Shown here in pieces: positions 1 to 11,400 of a stretch of DNA of 64,000 bases; position 1 is the stretch's first letter, and each line of letters opens with the position of its first letter. The stretch spans positions 1,550,001 through 1,614,000 of the forward strand of contig CAKKNE010000003.1 in assembly GCA_918797485.1 (NCBI GenBank), given 5' to 3'. Below the pieces are notes generated by a model. That model had not been told where the DNA came from. It did no database searches and was given only the letters and a program-made list of their open reading frames with translations. Made by a program: the position numbers and the translations under genes. The DNA comes from Pelagomonas calceolata. Taxonomy: Eukaryota.

Positions 1-733
1 GGACCGGCAGCCGCGCGCGCGGCAGGACCCCTTTGAGGAGCGGTTGTTGCAAGTCAGGCAGGAATTTGCGGCGCAGGAGCTGTGCGGCCTGGAGGCCCGG
101 AACAACTACTTTATTACGTCGGCGATCGATGGAAGGCAGATGTTACATGCCGCGGAGGAGTCTGATTGTTTGGAACGGATCTTTTGCCGCCTGTGTCGGG
201 GCCTGACGATGAACATCACGCTCAATGACAAGAATGGCCCGTCGCGCCTCAAATTAGTAAAGCACTGGCACTGGCCGCAGTGCCCCTGGCCGCTCTGGCT
301 GCACCCCTTGGTTTGGTTTTATGTTTTACCTAGACAATGTCTCTGTCGCGACGACGCGGCGGAGTTTTCCGTGTATGACGGCGAGAAATTGATTGGGAGG
401 GTGCGCGACAACGCGGCGTCGACCGTTCGATGCGTGGGCCGGGCTACTGTATTGGATAGCGCGGGCGCGTACGCCTTGCAACTCGGCCCCGTCGAGCACT
501 GCTCCGGCGCCGTCTGCTGCCCCTGCGTCTGGGGCGAGCGCGTGCCCGTGCACGACGCTTCCGGTGCATCGGAATTGGCAGAGATCAACCGGCCGCCCCT
601 GACCTGCGCCGAGCTCTGCGGCCACACGAACCGGTTCGTCGTCGACCTCGGAGGCGTCGGCGGCGAGTACCGCAAGCTCCTGCTCGCGGCGGGGCTCCTC
701 TGGGACCTCACGCACTGGGAGGTGCAGGGGTAA
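1..733 (+). CDS. Phospholipid scramblase-like protein (probably 5'-truncated by the window edge)
   Basis: Frame is open from base 2. Scramblase-like motifs QVRQE..E..G.EARNNY and HAAEESDCLERIFC, Cys-rich segments, C-terminal KLLLAAGLLWD. Confidence 0.7.
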   Translation, partial: DRQPRARQDPFEERLLQVRQEFAAQELCGLEARNNYFITSAIDGRQMLHAAEESDCLERIFCRLCRGLTMNITLNDKNGPSRLKLVKHWHWPQCPWPLWLHPLVWFYVLPRQCLCRDDAAEFSVYDGEKLIGRVRDNAASTVRCVGRATVLDSAGAYALQLGPVEHCSGAVCCPCVWGERVPVHDASGASELAEINRPPLTCAELCGHTNRFVVDLGGVGGEYRKLLLAAGLLWDLTHWEVQG

Positions 734-760
734 CACTAACTATCATTGTATCACAACTTG

Positions 761-3700
761 TTAGGGAGCTACCTCTTCCTTCTCCGGCTTCGCCGCCGGC
801 CGCACGACGTCCGACGCCTGCCGCGCCGCCGACGCGAGCGTCTCGCCGACGCCGCCCGCGCCGTGCGCGCGCTCCGCCGCTCTGTCGAGCACAGCTGCGG
901 CGAAGCGCCGTCCCACGAGGCCCGCGCGGCGCGCCGTCTCCGGCGTCGCGACGCTGCGCAGGTCCACGTCCGACGTAGATAGCGCCTCGACGACCTTCTG
1001 AGGGTCGACAGAGCCCTCTCCATCCCCACTCACCAGGCCACCGATCTTCTCGGCGGCGCCCAGCACCTTGCGGTCGCGCTCGTCGGCCTTGACCAGCGGC
1101 GCCACGGCCTCCGCCAGGGCCGCGGCGGCCTCGACGCCACCGGTCAGAGGTAACAAAGCGGCGCGCGCGGGCCCAGGCAGGTTCCGCAGGCCCGCGATGG
1201 CCGACCGTAGCGGCCCGTCGTCGGCCTCGCCCGATAATTTGTGAGGCAACAAGGGCGTCGCGTCGATGGCGTCCGTGAGTGCGGCTCGCACGGAAGCATC
1301 TAGCAGGGACGCCGCCTCCTTGACGACCGTCTCTTGCACGAGGTTGCTATCCTCGGCGAACAACACGTCGGCGACCAGCTCGCGCTGCGCCTCTTGCGAG
1401 GCCTTGTCCGAGTCCGCCAGGACGACCTCCGTCGACGCGTCCGATAGACCCGCGCCGCTCGTCGCCGACGTGTACGACGCGAAGCCGTCGATCATCTCCT
1501 GCGTGGAAATCAACCAGTGCGTCGGGTGCACTAAGTCATTTCTCGGCGATGACGCGGCCGCCCTGGCTCTGTCGAGCGGTGAGGAACCGGCATCACCACG
1601 CCATCGAGCAGGCGTCGCGTCGATGGCGTGGAGGACGACGCGACGATTCAGCACGAACGCGCCGTAAAATTTTGATTTCCACACCGTCGCGGACCGAGAA
1701 CTTTTCCACGTCCACTCCATTGTTGGGGTCCTTGCCGTAGATCATCGCAGATAAAGCTGCGCGTGCCCTAGGCGAGTCATCTTTAAATAGGCGACGGGCT
1801 AAATACGGGTAGCACTCCTTCAATATCGCGTACGAGTCGTCCACCGACAACCCAATGCCCTCGAGCGTCGAGAAAGCCCTAACGACGTACAGCACCCACG
1901 TCGGTAATTGAAAGAGCTCCCGGTTCCGCCGCGACCTGTGTGGAAATCAAAATTTACGGCGCGTTCGTGCTGAATCGTCGCGTCAACCTCTACGCCATCG
2001 ACGCGACGCCTGCTCGATGGCGTGGCGATGCCGCTTCCTCACCGCTCGACCGAGCCAGCACGGCCGCGTCATCGCCGAGAAATGACTTAGTGAAGAATTG
2101 TCGGGTGCACCCGACGCACTGGTTGATTTCCACACAGGCCGCGACATCTCCTCCATCACATTTGAAACACCTCGGACGTCCACGCCTTCCTTCGCCAATT
2201 GATCTTCCATGCGCTGCACCATCTCCGCTCTAGCTAGCTTCCTTATTTCATCCTTATCTTCCGTGCCGTAGCGGTCCTGTAACTCCTTCCTTACGCGTTG
2301 CTGCATTGCTTTCGCCCCACCGCCACCAGACAACTGTCGTAACATGAAGCTGAGGCCGTCGGTGATTCCACTATTTGCTACTCGTTCTAATTTATCTGGA
2401 GGGGTGAATCCTAAGTTGACAAAGTCTTTTGGAATAGCATCTAGATCTTCGGTGTTGACGTGCGCGATGAACTCTAACAAAGCGTACTGTAAGTCGTTCG
2501 GTACCTGGAGCGTCATGCCCCAGTCCAGGATACATAGCCTCCCGTCGTACGTCCTCAACAGATTGCCGGGGTGGGGGTCGCAGTGCAAGGTACCCGTATC
2601 CAATAACATCGTCAGGTAGGCATTTATCGCAACACCGCACAAGCGCGGCACGTCGGGAGACGCCGAGACATCTAGTCTCGTACCATCGATCCACTCCGTC
2701 ACTAAAACGTTCTCTCGCAATAGATCCGTGACGACGCGAGGAGAAATGACCGCACCCAGCCCGCGCGCCTTCATCGCTTCACTGAACTCTTGCGTGTTGG
2801 TAGCCTCCGCGACATAATCGACCTCATTGACGAAGCCGCGGCCCCACTCGTCCACGAGCGCTAGCGCCGTTTCGATGTCCTCGGGTTCCGTTTTTACCTT
2901 GTTGACGGCGTTCGAGATCCGCACTTGTAGTGGCGTGAGTAGTCGTAACACGTAGAGATCTAGAGCAATGTCCGCGAGGACACCCGGCCTTCTTACCTTC
3001 ACGGCGACGTCGCGCACCTCCCCAAGGTCGTCATCTGAAGGCTTGTAGTTGCCTTCCCTCAGTCGCCCCTTGTACACTTGACCAATGGAGGCTGAAGCGA
3101 TGGGCGATGGTGTTAACTCTTCAAAGATGTCTGATAAATCACGGACGCCTAAGTCTCTTCGTAAAATAGCGGTGGCCTGAGCATCACTAAACGGAGGCAC
3201 CGCGTCCTGGAGCTTTCGCAGCTCCAACGCGTAGGCTTCACTGATGAGATCAGTTCTAATAGACAAAGCTTGTCCGAGCTTGATGAAGGTCGGTCCTAGT
3301 TCTTCGCATAACGCCAAACATTCTTTGGCCCGCTCCGGTTCTGAGGCCTCGGGCCAGCCTCGTAAGTAATCAATTAACAATTTGACGTTGAACGCAAATG
3401 TAGCTTGTGTCAGCCAGGCCAACCGCTCCGCAACGAGCAAAGGCCTCTTGGCGTAGAAGGCCTCGGCCTTTGCGGGCGAGTAGTCGTTGGCCCCACCCTT
3501 GTACGGGGCCTCCGCCTCTTCCGGTAATTGTGTTGCTGTGCGTTCCTGCCGCTTGCGCTCGGCGGCTCCTGTGAGTAAAAGTGCTGGCAGTGTAAGAGCG
3601 ACGGTCGCGGCGCAGGAGGCGGCCATGACGGTCGCGTACGGCGTCCAGTCGCCCTGCAAGGCGTGCTGGGCCTCGCTCAGTAATCGCGTCGCTAGGTCCG

Positions 3701-3929
3701 TGACGGAGCCGTCGGGCGCTTGCGGGAGAACTGGTGGTTGGATGGCCGGCAGCTCTACGGTCGGCAGCTTTTCGGGGAGGCTGGGGAGCTGGAGCGTCGG
3801 CGGCTGCGGCAAGTTCTCTACGTTGAGCTGCGTCGACCACTTTGGTAAAGGCGGCATCGTGACGGGCAGCTGTAAGGCTGTCGCCGCAACGGCGCATAGT
3901 GCGACGCGCATCATCATGTCGCCTCGCAA
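761..3929 (-). CDS. ABC1/UbiB atypical kinase, probably plastid-targeted. Three exons: about 3929-2146, 1935-1695, 1498-761
   Basis: Motifs LGPTFIKLGQ, ASASIGQVYKG, VAVKV, HCDPHPGN, LDWG. Removing the two introner introns gives continuous EEMSRRNRELFQLP and VEKFS/EMIDGF. Start may be one of the Mets at 3917-3911. Confidence 0.9.
1499..1694 (-). mobile_element. Introner element copy A (MITE-derived spliceosomal intron)
   Basis: TIRs ctgcgtggaaatcaa (1499-1513) and ttgatttccacaccg (1672-1686). It is the reverse complement of the copy at 1936-2137. GT at 1694 (an alternative in-frame GT at 1682) and CAG ending at 1499 restore the frame. Confidence 0.85.
1928..2145 (-). mobile_element. Introner element copy B with perfect TIRs and 8-bp TSD; intron 1936-2145
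   Basis: 15-bp TIRs ctgtgtggaaatcaa/ttgatttccacacag bound 1936-2137. TSD gccgcgac at 1928-1935 and 2138-2145. The GT donor comes from the TSD and the AG from the TIR. Confidence 0.95.
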
Positions 3930-4220
3930 CTACTTATGGCTATAGTATGGCTAGGCTGGATATACGTGTGTGGACGCGCCGTACACACAAAAAGTTTTCC
4001 TCAGACTCCAAGCCACGGTATCGAAGGCCAGTCTTAAGGCAAAGACTTAGCAAATCGGCCTACGAGCGGCTACAGACAGCTCAAGGTCCACCACCGCAGC
4101 CGCAGATTACTAGCGGCTGTGGAGGCACTAGCAAAAAAAAACACGGGTCGTTGCGACGCCATCGCCGCGCCCCGCCCACACAGAAAGTGCATCAACACAC
4201 TTAGCACACATACCCCTAGA

Positions 4221-5144
4221 CTAGACCCGCTCGTGGTCCACGTCGAACTCGCGCGGGGCACCCATCTCGAGCCCCACGTGCTTGTGCTCGAACGTCTTGC
4301 AGCAGCCCGGCTTGCCGCAGTCGTAGTACTCTATCACGGGTTCCTCGGCCTCGCTCACCACCTCATCATCGTCAGCTTCGCCCGAAGCGCACCGCGCGTT
4401 GTCGAGCCAGCGCTCGACGCGGTCGTGCGCCACCGCATCATTATCTGCGAACTCATTTAGATCTAACGCACACGCGGTCACAACGCCGCCGACGAAGGCT
4501 AGCAAGGCCCCTTTCCCGTCGCTGATCTTCTCCCGTGTTAATCGAGCGTCAATTAACTCCTTCTCCCCAATAGCCTGGCCCCGCCTCGTCCGCAGGAACC
4601 GCACGCCCCGTTCTTGAGCGGCGACAGCTAAAGCCCCATCGAGATGCTGTAAATTCTCAGAAGGCGCAAACGCATGCACGAGCACGGGACCCCGCGTCAA
4701 AGCAATAGCCAGTTCACTCGACGTCGTCTCGCGCATGCACTCGTTTTCTCTGATACGCGCAGAACGCATCTTCTCCATCAACTCATTGTCATTTTCTAAT
4801 TCGTCGAGGAACTCCGCATCTGAATCGCTGTCCTCCTCATCATCTGATGATTCTTGCTTCTTTGACGGCGCCGCGGGAAAGGGCCGCGGCGGCCGTTCAT
4901 ATTCAGGCAAAGGCGCGACGTCGACGGCGCCCCTACGAGCATCTAGAGCTTTCCGAGCCGGGTCCGCCGCCCGCAGCTGGGCCATCCATTTCGAGGCCTG
5001 GCGCCGTTCTTTTTGATCTTTAGCACAGCACGGGTCGAGCAGCGCGTCGTGCGCCTCCATGCGTCGACAGCGCTCGTCGGCGCAGTCGTCGTGGCGGCAG
5101 ACCTTGGTGGTGGCGAAGCCGCCGGGGGCCATCATGTTTGCCAT
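4221..5144 (-). CDS. Phosducin-like/thioredoxin-fold protein with Cys-rich ends
   Basis: Acidic stretch followed by FLDELE..MEKMRSARIRE, then a degenerate Trx fold (VLVHAF..LDGALAVAA..VRFLR). Confidence 0.5.
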   Translation of the reverse strand: MANMMAPGGFATTKVCRHDDCADERCRRMEAHDALLDPCCAKDQKERRQASKWMAQLRAADPARKALDARRGAVDVAPLPEYERPPRPFPAAPSKKQESSDDEEDSDSDAEFLDELENDNELMEKMRSARIRENECMRETTSSELAIALTRGPVLVHAFAPSENLQHLDGALAVAAQERGVRFLRTRRGQAIGEKELIDARLTREKISDGKGALLAFVGGVVTACALDLNEFADNDAVAHDRVERWLDNARCASGEADDDEVVSEAEEPVIEYYDCGKPGCCKTFEHKHVGLEMGAPREFDVDHERV

Positions 5145-5710
5145 CTTTGCGCGCGCAGGGAGTTCGCGCTCCTTGGCGGTCTCAGGGCGTTTTTGGGACA
5201 GTCCGCGAGCTATGGATGCTCGCGCTTGGCGAAGCTCCTGCGGCGTGCTGTGGGGCTATTTTGCGATGTGCTGGTGTGTTCTACTCGTCTGTTGCGGTCC
5301 GTATGGCAGCGCTTTGCCACAGGTCGCCTCCGGCCTCTGGCGGCGGACTCGACCGAGCCACGCGACTCAAACGACCCAAGCATTGCTCCACGAGTCCGAA
5401 AAGACCTCTCCAGCAAGCGTGTTGGTCGTTTGTCGACTTTGCTGCCGGACCCCCCTACTCGCCGAGCGATTTATAGCTCGCCGTGGTATTGGAGCCGCTG
5501 CTGCTCAGCGATACCGGCAAATCACTGCGTCTGTACGTCAAAGAAGTGACCTAGCGATCGAGCTTTCGACGCGTGCAAAAGAGACGGCCGCGCGTCGACG
5601 CGGCGGCGGAGATTGAGGCACCGCATGGCATGCACCGCTGTCAGCGGCCGCCGGCTGCGCCGCGGCACTACGTGACCTTCGGGCCGTGCCAGCGGCCAGC
5701 TAGGAGAGGC

Positions 5711-5803
5711 GAGCCCACGGCGGAGCTCACGGCGGAGCCACGGCGAAGCCCACGGCGGAGCCGACGCCCGGGCCGACGGCGGAGCCATCGGCCGAGCCTA
5801 CGC
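5711..5803 (+). repeat. Degenerate 12-bp tandem repeat (gagcccacggcg-like, about 7-8 units)
   Basis: gagcccacggcg gagctcacggcg gagccacggcg aagcccacggcg gagccgacgccc gggccgacggcg gagccatcggcc gagcctacg. Confidence 0.8.
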
Positions 5804-5946
5804 CAGACGCCGCCGCGGCGTGACGGCCGCCCGTCGGGCGAGGCGACGGCCAAGCCTACGCCATACGCCGCCGCCGCGCGCACAGAGAGAGACGAGAAGC
5901 ATCCATGAACGGCCCCGTAACCCTCAATCACACAGGCCTTGCAAAG

Positions 5947-6507
5947 ATGGGCAAGTACTCCTTCGACCCCGACCAGGCCGTCGAGTCCTCGAAGGCGCGG
6001 GGCTCCGCCCTGCGGGCCCACTTCAAGCACTGCCGCGAGGTCTGCCACAACATCAAGGGCATGAAGCTGCCCAAGGCCAAGGCGTACCTCGAAGACGTCC
6101 TCCAGTTCAAGCAGGCCGTCGCCTTCACGAAGTTCACGGGCGGCTGCGGGAGACACGCGCAGGGCAAGCTCCGCAACGCCGCGGGCTCGAAGTGCCGCTG
6201 GCCCCAGAAGGCGACCAAGATCGTCTTGGATTTGTTGAAGAACGCCGAGGCGAACGCGGAGATGAAGGGCCTCGATGTTGATGAGCTCATCGTGAAACAT
6301 TCGCAAGCGAACAGAGCTCCCTACCAGCGCCGGCGCACGTACCGCGCGCACGGCCGCATCAACCCGTACATGGCGTCGCCGGCGCACATCGAGCTCGTGC
6401 TCGTCAAGGCGGCGGAGCCCGTCGCGAAGGGCGAATCGGCGCCGGTCAAGCTGTCGCGGAAGCAGGCCGCGCGGCTGCGCGTGACGGCGGGCGGCGGCAC
6501 CGCTTAA
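5947..6507 (+). CDS. RPL17: 60S ribosomal protein L17 (uL22)
   Basis: MGKYS.., [44 protein letters not shown] probable 5'UTR intron acceptor (acacag) lies just upstream. Confidence 0.97.
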   Translation: MGKYSFDPDQAVESSKARGSALRAHFKHCREVCHNIKGMKLPKAKAYLEDVLQFKQAVAFTKFTGGCGRHAQGKLRNAAGSKCRWPQKATKIVLDLLKNAEANAEMKGLDVDELIVKHSQANRAPYQRRRTYRAHGRINPYMASPAHIELVLVKAAEPVAKGESAPVKLSRKQAARLRVTAGGGTA

Positions 6508-6902
6508 AGTGGTGGCGAAAAGAGGCGTAATATATGATTGGTTCTTATCTCGCTTCTTGCCGTGTCGCGTCGGCGGCGTGCTGCGCCTTGCCAAAGTTTG
6601 GCGTTGGCGCGAGTCTCTGGGACGCCCCGCGCGGCCGGCGCGACCGCGCCTCGCAAGTTCAGGAACCCACCCCCCAGAGCTCGATACGGAACGATAGGGC
6701 GTGGCGGGAAATCCATGGGGTCAGTCGGCCGCCGCGCGCGGGCAACAATCTCGAGCAACATTCCTGAGGCCCCAAGCTCATGGGCAGCCGTATGAATATA
6801 AACGCAAGCACACACAGCCACAAACAAACAGCAGACGCAAACGCGCGCGGGTAGCCGTAAACGCTGCAGACAGCAGCCACAAACACCATAAGCAACACAG
6901 CC

Positions 6903-8405
6903 ATGAAACGACGAGCAGGCCACAACATGCTCATGCTCAGCGCCCTGCCGCGGGCGACGGCCTTCACGAACGTCCGACGCCGGTTCCAGCCGCGCGTCGT
7001 CTTAAGGGGAATGGGGACCGAGCAGCTCGGCGCGGTCGCCGCGCCGGGCGTTCGTGTCAGGGCGCCGTGGACCAACGGCCAGCTCTATCCGGGCCAAGTC
7101 ACATCGGTCGAGGGCGACAAGGTGTCCATAAAATTCGACGACGGCGACCAGCGGGAGGGCGTCACCTGGAAGGACTGCGCGGTCGGCCCCGCTGATGAAA
7201 TGCCGGAGCCATTAATCGGCATCCGCGTCATGGCGCCGTGGAAGAACCGCCATATGTACCCGGGCCGCGTCGGCGCCGTGAGCAAAAGCAAGGACAAAGT
7301 GAAGATCAACTTCGACGACGGCGACGTGCTGGTCGTGCCGTGGGCGGCCTGCCGCCTCCGCGACGCGCCAAAAGCCTCGTACAAGCGGCCCCAGAGCCTG
7401 TCTGATTCTCTCTCGTACGCGGGCCTCACCGACTCGCAGCTCAAGCCGCGCGCGCAGCCCGCGCATGAGAGCGCCCTCAAGTGGGTCGGCTTCGCCGCGA
7501 CGCTCGCGGCCATCTCGGCGGCCATGCACGGCGCCGCCCTCACGACGTCCGGCACGTACACCTTCTTCGACGCAACGCTGAAGACGTGGGATTGGGCGGC
7601 CGTGATCTATCCCCTATGTGCCATTGGCTCCGTCGTCTGGAACATGATTCACTACGATCAGAAGGACAGCGCGGCGATTGCGAAAGCTATGGGCGGCTTC
7701 GAGAGCAACGACGCGGCGTTACGCGGTATGGTGGCCGCCGTCCACGCACGAAGCGGTCTTGGTGGTGAAATTCCGAAAGTGTATATTATACCTTCAGAAG
7801 AACCAAATGCCTTCGCTGCTGGGACCAAGGCGTCCGTCGTCGCCGTGACGACGGGACTGCTCGATCTCCTGACGCCGCAGGAGTTACGAGCCGTGTTGGC
7901 TCACGAGATCGGGCACGTACGGAATAGAGATATGGCGCGGTCGCTGTTTTCGGGATGCATGGTGGCCGGGCTAGGGTTCGCAATGACTATTGGAGATATG
8001 CTGATGCAGGGTGAGCGGCGGGATCGACGGCGGAAGAAGAGCAAGGACGACAAGGGCGACTCATCGCTCGGAGCGCTCGGGCTCATCTTGTACGCCTCCG
8101 GGGCGATCACGCAAGCCATGGGTACTATCCTCAGAATGATGCACTCACGATCGGCGGAGTACGCGGCCGACGCGTTCGCGAAGAGCATCGGCGCGGGAGC
8201 CGACCTCGCGTCGGCGCTGGAGAAACTCGAGGCGTCCCACGCGACGGTGAAACGAGACGAGAAGTCCCTCGGCCTCGCGGCGAACGCCTTCGCGGCGTCG
8301 TACATCGACAACCCGCCGGAACGCGACTCGTGGTTACTCACGATGGGCGGGTGGCTGCGGACGCATCCCCGGAACCAGGACCGCATCGAGCGGTTGCTCG
8401 CCTAG
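6903..8405 (+). CDS. M48/HtpX-family zinc metalloprotease with two N-terminal Tudor/Agenet-like repeats
   Basis: PNAFAAG, VAVTTGLL, AVLAHEIGH (HExxH), SRSAEYAAD, THP..DRI. Two repeats of RV.APW....YPG.V......V.I.FDDGD. Start may be 6927. Confidence 0.85.
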   Translation: MKRRAGHNMLMLSALPRATAFTNVRRRFQPRVVLRGMGTEQLGAVAAPGVRVRAPWTNGQLYPGQVTSVEGDKVSIKFDDGDQREGVTWKDCAVGPADEMPEPLIGIRVMAPWKNRHMYPGRVGAVSKSKDKVKINFDDGDVLVVPWAACRLRDAPKASYKRPQSLSDSLSYAGLTDSQLKPRAQPAHESALKWVGFAATLAAISAAMHGAALTTSGTYTFFDATLKTWDWAAVIYPLCAIGSVVWNMIHYDQKDSAAIAKAMGGFESNDAALRGMVAAVHARSGLGGEIPKVYIIPSEEPNAFAAGTKASVVAVTTGLLDLLTPQELRAVLAHEIGHVRNRDMARSLFSGCMVAGLGFAMTIGDMLMQGERRDRRRKKSKDDKGDSSLGALGLILYASGAITQAMGTILRMMHSRSAEYAADAFAKSIGAGADLASALEKLEASHATVKRDEKSLGLAANAFAASYIDNPPERDSWLLTMGGWLRTHPRNQDRIERLLA

Positions 8406-8453
8406 TTGCTATTTCCCTTATTCAGTTTAAGTATACAATCATATCCCAATTAC

Positions 8454-11400
8454 TCACTCGGGCCCCGCCTTCACCGCGAGCGCCGCAACGGCCTCTTCCC
8501 ACGGATCCCGCTCGCCGTCCTCGTCGTACAGCTTCCGTGCCGCGGCCGCGAGGCGCGTGAATCCTCTCAGCATCGCTCTATGTTTTGCCGCGTCCTGGAA
8601 CTCCAAATCCACGGAACTCCCATCTTCTAAGACGAGCGACACGGTAAAGGGCCTGAAGACGCGCCCCGCGGAGTGTGCGCGCTGCAAGACACGACTACTT
8701 CCCCTTCCACAAACCCGCTGCACGTCGGCCATCTTCACTACCCGTCGAGACTTCGACATCCGCTTCAGCCGGCGCAGACCCGCGTGAACCACTGACTGTG
8801 GTTCATCCTCCGCCGCCCAGGTGAGCTCCGATAAATCTTCCGAAGCTCTAAACCGCCGTGCATGGGCCCTTCCGCGCCTCCCATGCTTGACGGCCACGAA
8901 GCCCTGCCTTAAAGCTGCCCTGAATTCGACATCGTCGTACGACGAGTAGTCCTCTGCGGCCAGCGGACGGGCGATAGGGCTGATGGCCTTGCGTAATGAG
9001 AAGGCGGCATCATCGCTCGAGCAGCTCAGCGAGCGCACGGGATGTTTCGACGACGGAGACATCAGCTGAGGCGGCGGCGAGGGCGGCGGCGGCGGCGGTA
9101 ATGGTGAGGGTGGCTTCGCCTGCCGCTCAAAGATAGAGCTGGGAGGCGACGATGGCGACGATCCGGCGGGGCTGCCGAGGACAGGCGACGAGCCGGGCGG
9201 CGCAAGCATTCCTGCGAGGTCGCCGCCACTCCCGCGCGACGACAGGTCCGCCCCACTGTCGCTCCGCGACCGGGCGTCGCCGCTATGATCATCATCAAAG
9301 TCCTCGAGCTCTTCAACGCCAAAAGAATCACGCAGTTGCAGCGTTCGTCGGCGATTGAGCTCGGCGGGGCTCTCGGCAGACGACGCAGACGCTCGGCGCT
9401 CAGCGGACACAGGCACCGACGGAGCCGGCGGCTCGTCGGCCGCGAGCTCGATCAACGACGCGGCCGCGTTGAGCGTGATCGGAGACGGCTTCACCGGCGA
9501 CGTCACTCTGCTGGCGACGGGCGAAGGCGCGCGCGGCGCCACGTCCGACTCGTCCGACAGTGGGTACTCGTCGTCGCTGTCGACGCGGTCGCGCCACGCC
9601 GCCAAGGCCTCATACAAGATTCGCGCCCTTGTCGATTGCATTACTTGTATCACGTTCTCCGTCTTCTCTCTTACACCTGAGTCGTCGACCAGGAATGCCT
9701 CGAAGTCGCCCGACGTGCTGCCCAGCTTCGCGCTCTCCACACTTTCGTCGCTCGACACGTCGACGTCCATTCTGCTCCGCGCCGCGACGGCGGCGGCCTC
9801 CAGCGCGCGACATAGCCGGTCCCGTCGTGATTTTCTCTGTAGAACAAGCGCTGCGTCGTGTCGTCGCTCGTCCTTCCGGTCCTCGGATCTTCGGACGAGC
9901 GCGAGGTTCGAGGGCCCGCGGCCCGCGTAGCCGCCACGTCTCATGGGCCTTTCGGCAGGGGGCTTCGACCGCCGTTTCTCCTTCGTCTGCACCGGCGCGG
10001 CGGTGCCGCCCCGTCTTCTATCACAACAGAACCGCCCACGCGGGTCGACGCTGCAATGAAAGCCGAAGGGCGGTCGCTCCGACGCATTCAACTTTTTTGA
10101 GGGTGATCGCGGCGACGCGTGCAAAGACGCCCGATGCGCCCACTGCGACCGCGTCTCGTTGCGGTGCTTCAGCGGTTCCCGCGCACGCGGCTCGGGAGCT
10201 ACATAGCGGGACAGTTCTTGAGCTTTTTCGAGGCGTGTCCGCCGCTCCCACTCCCTTATACATTGCTGCGTGCAGAAGGGCGTGTCGAGGGCGCCGTTAC
10301 ACCGGCCGCGACACCAGAAGGCATCGTCCGGCGACACCGTGAGGTCCTCCTCGAGCGACTCGTCTGATGAGCTTGAGTACTCGGCACCATCATCAAACCC
10401 ATCGTCTAGTCTCCGCAATAGCTCCTCGGCGTCTGGGCCGACCTGCGGTTGGCTGTGGTGGTAGTTGCTGTACATCTGCGTCTGCTCAACTCTGGCAATG
10501 AATTGCTCGCCCTCCTCACCACCGAGCCCCTCCCAAACATCATTTCCAACGGCCTGCTTGAGCGACCTCTTCTTCGAAGAGACGCGCGCCTCGCGGATCG
10601 CCCGCGCGCCGGCCAGCAGCAGCCGCAAGTGCGCGTGCACGCCGTCTACCACAGAATCCAAAGCTTTAAGGGCCTCGGCCGATGGTGGCCGACGCCAACC
10701 CGGCGACTGCAGCCGGTCGTCGTCGTCGCCCTGCACGACGTCGTCCCCAAACGCCGACGCTGCGTCCGCCGACGTGCGCGTGTTCGGCGTCTGTGGAAGC
10801 TGATGCCCCTTGAGGTCGTGCCGCAGCACATCGACGAGTGGCCGCAATTTCTCTACCAATGCGTCGTAGCGCGGCAGCATCACGCTGTTCGGCGGCAATC
10901 TTACGCGATCTTCGTCGGCGAAGGCGAGGACCATGTCGGCGCCCTGCTCGAAGTGCAGAGGCAAGCCGGTCACCCCCAAAATCAGGGGCACGGGGCTGTC
11001 CAGGTAGTCTCGTAGATCGGCCGGCAGGGCGCTGATCAGCGGCCCGGCCCACCTCAGAGGTCGTAGTAGAGACACGGCGCCCAACGCGCACGCCGACAAT
11101 GTTTGTAAATCCCGCGACACGAAGACGACCCTCAACTCTAGTAGAGCACAAGCAAGCACCCGCAACACATTTTCCAGAGATAACCTCCCCAACACCACGG
11201 GCAGCGACCACTCGCGCGCGAGGCGCGTCGCCTCGTCGCGGGGCGCCCGCGATAGTTTGGGCCGTCGTCGTCGCGGTCGCGTCCACTCGATGACCTCCCC
11301 GATGTTCACCTCGACCTTGAGGCCCGGTCCTGGTGGAGGCACGCGACTATACGCCTTCAGAGCCGCGTGCGCCGCCGCGTACCGTCGCGACCGCGGGTGT

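Noticed and set aside
5711..5803. CRISPR-like array
   Set aside because: Units are contiguous 12-mers without spacers, there are no cas genes, and the genome is eukaryotic.
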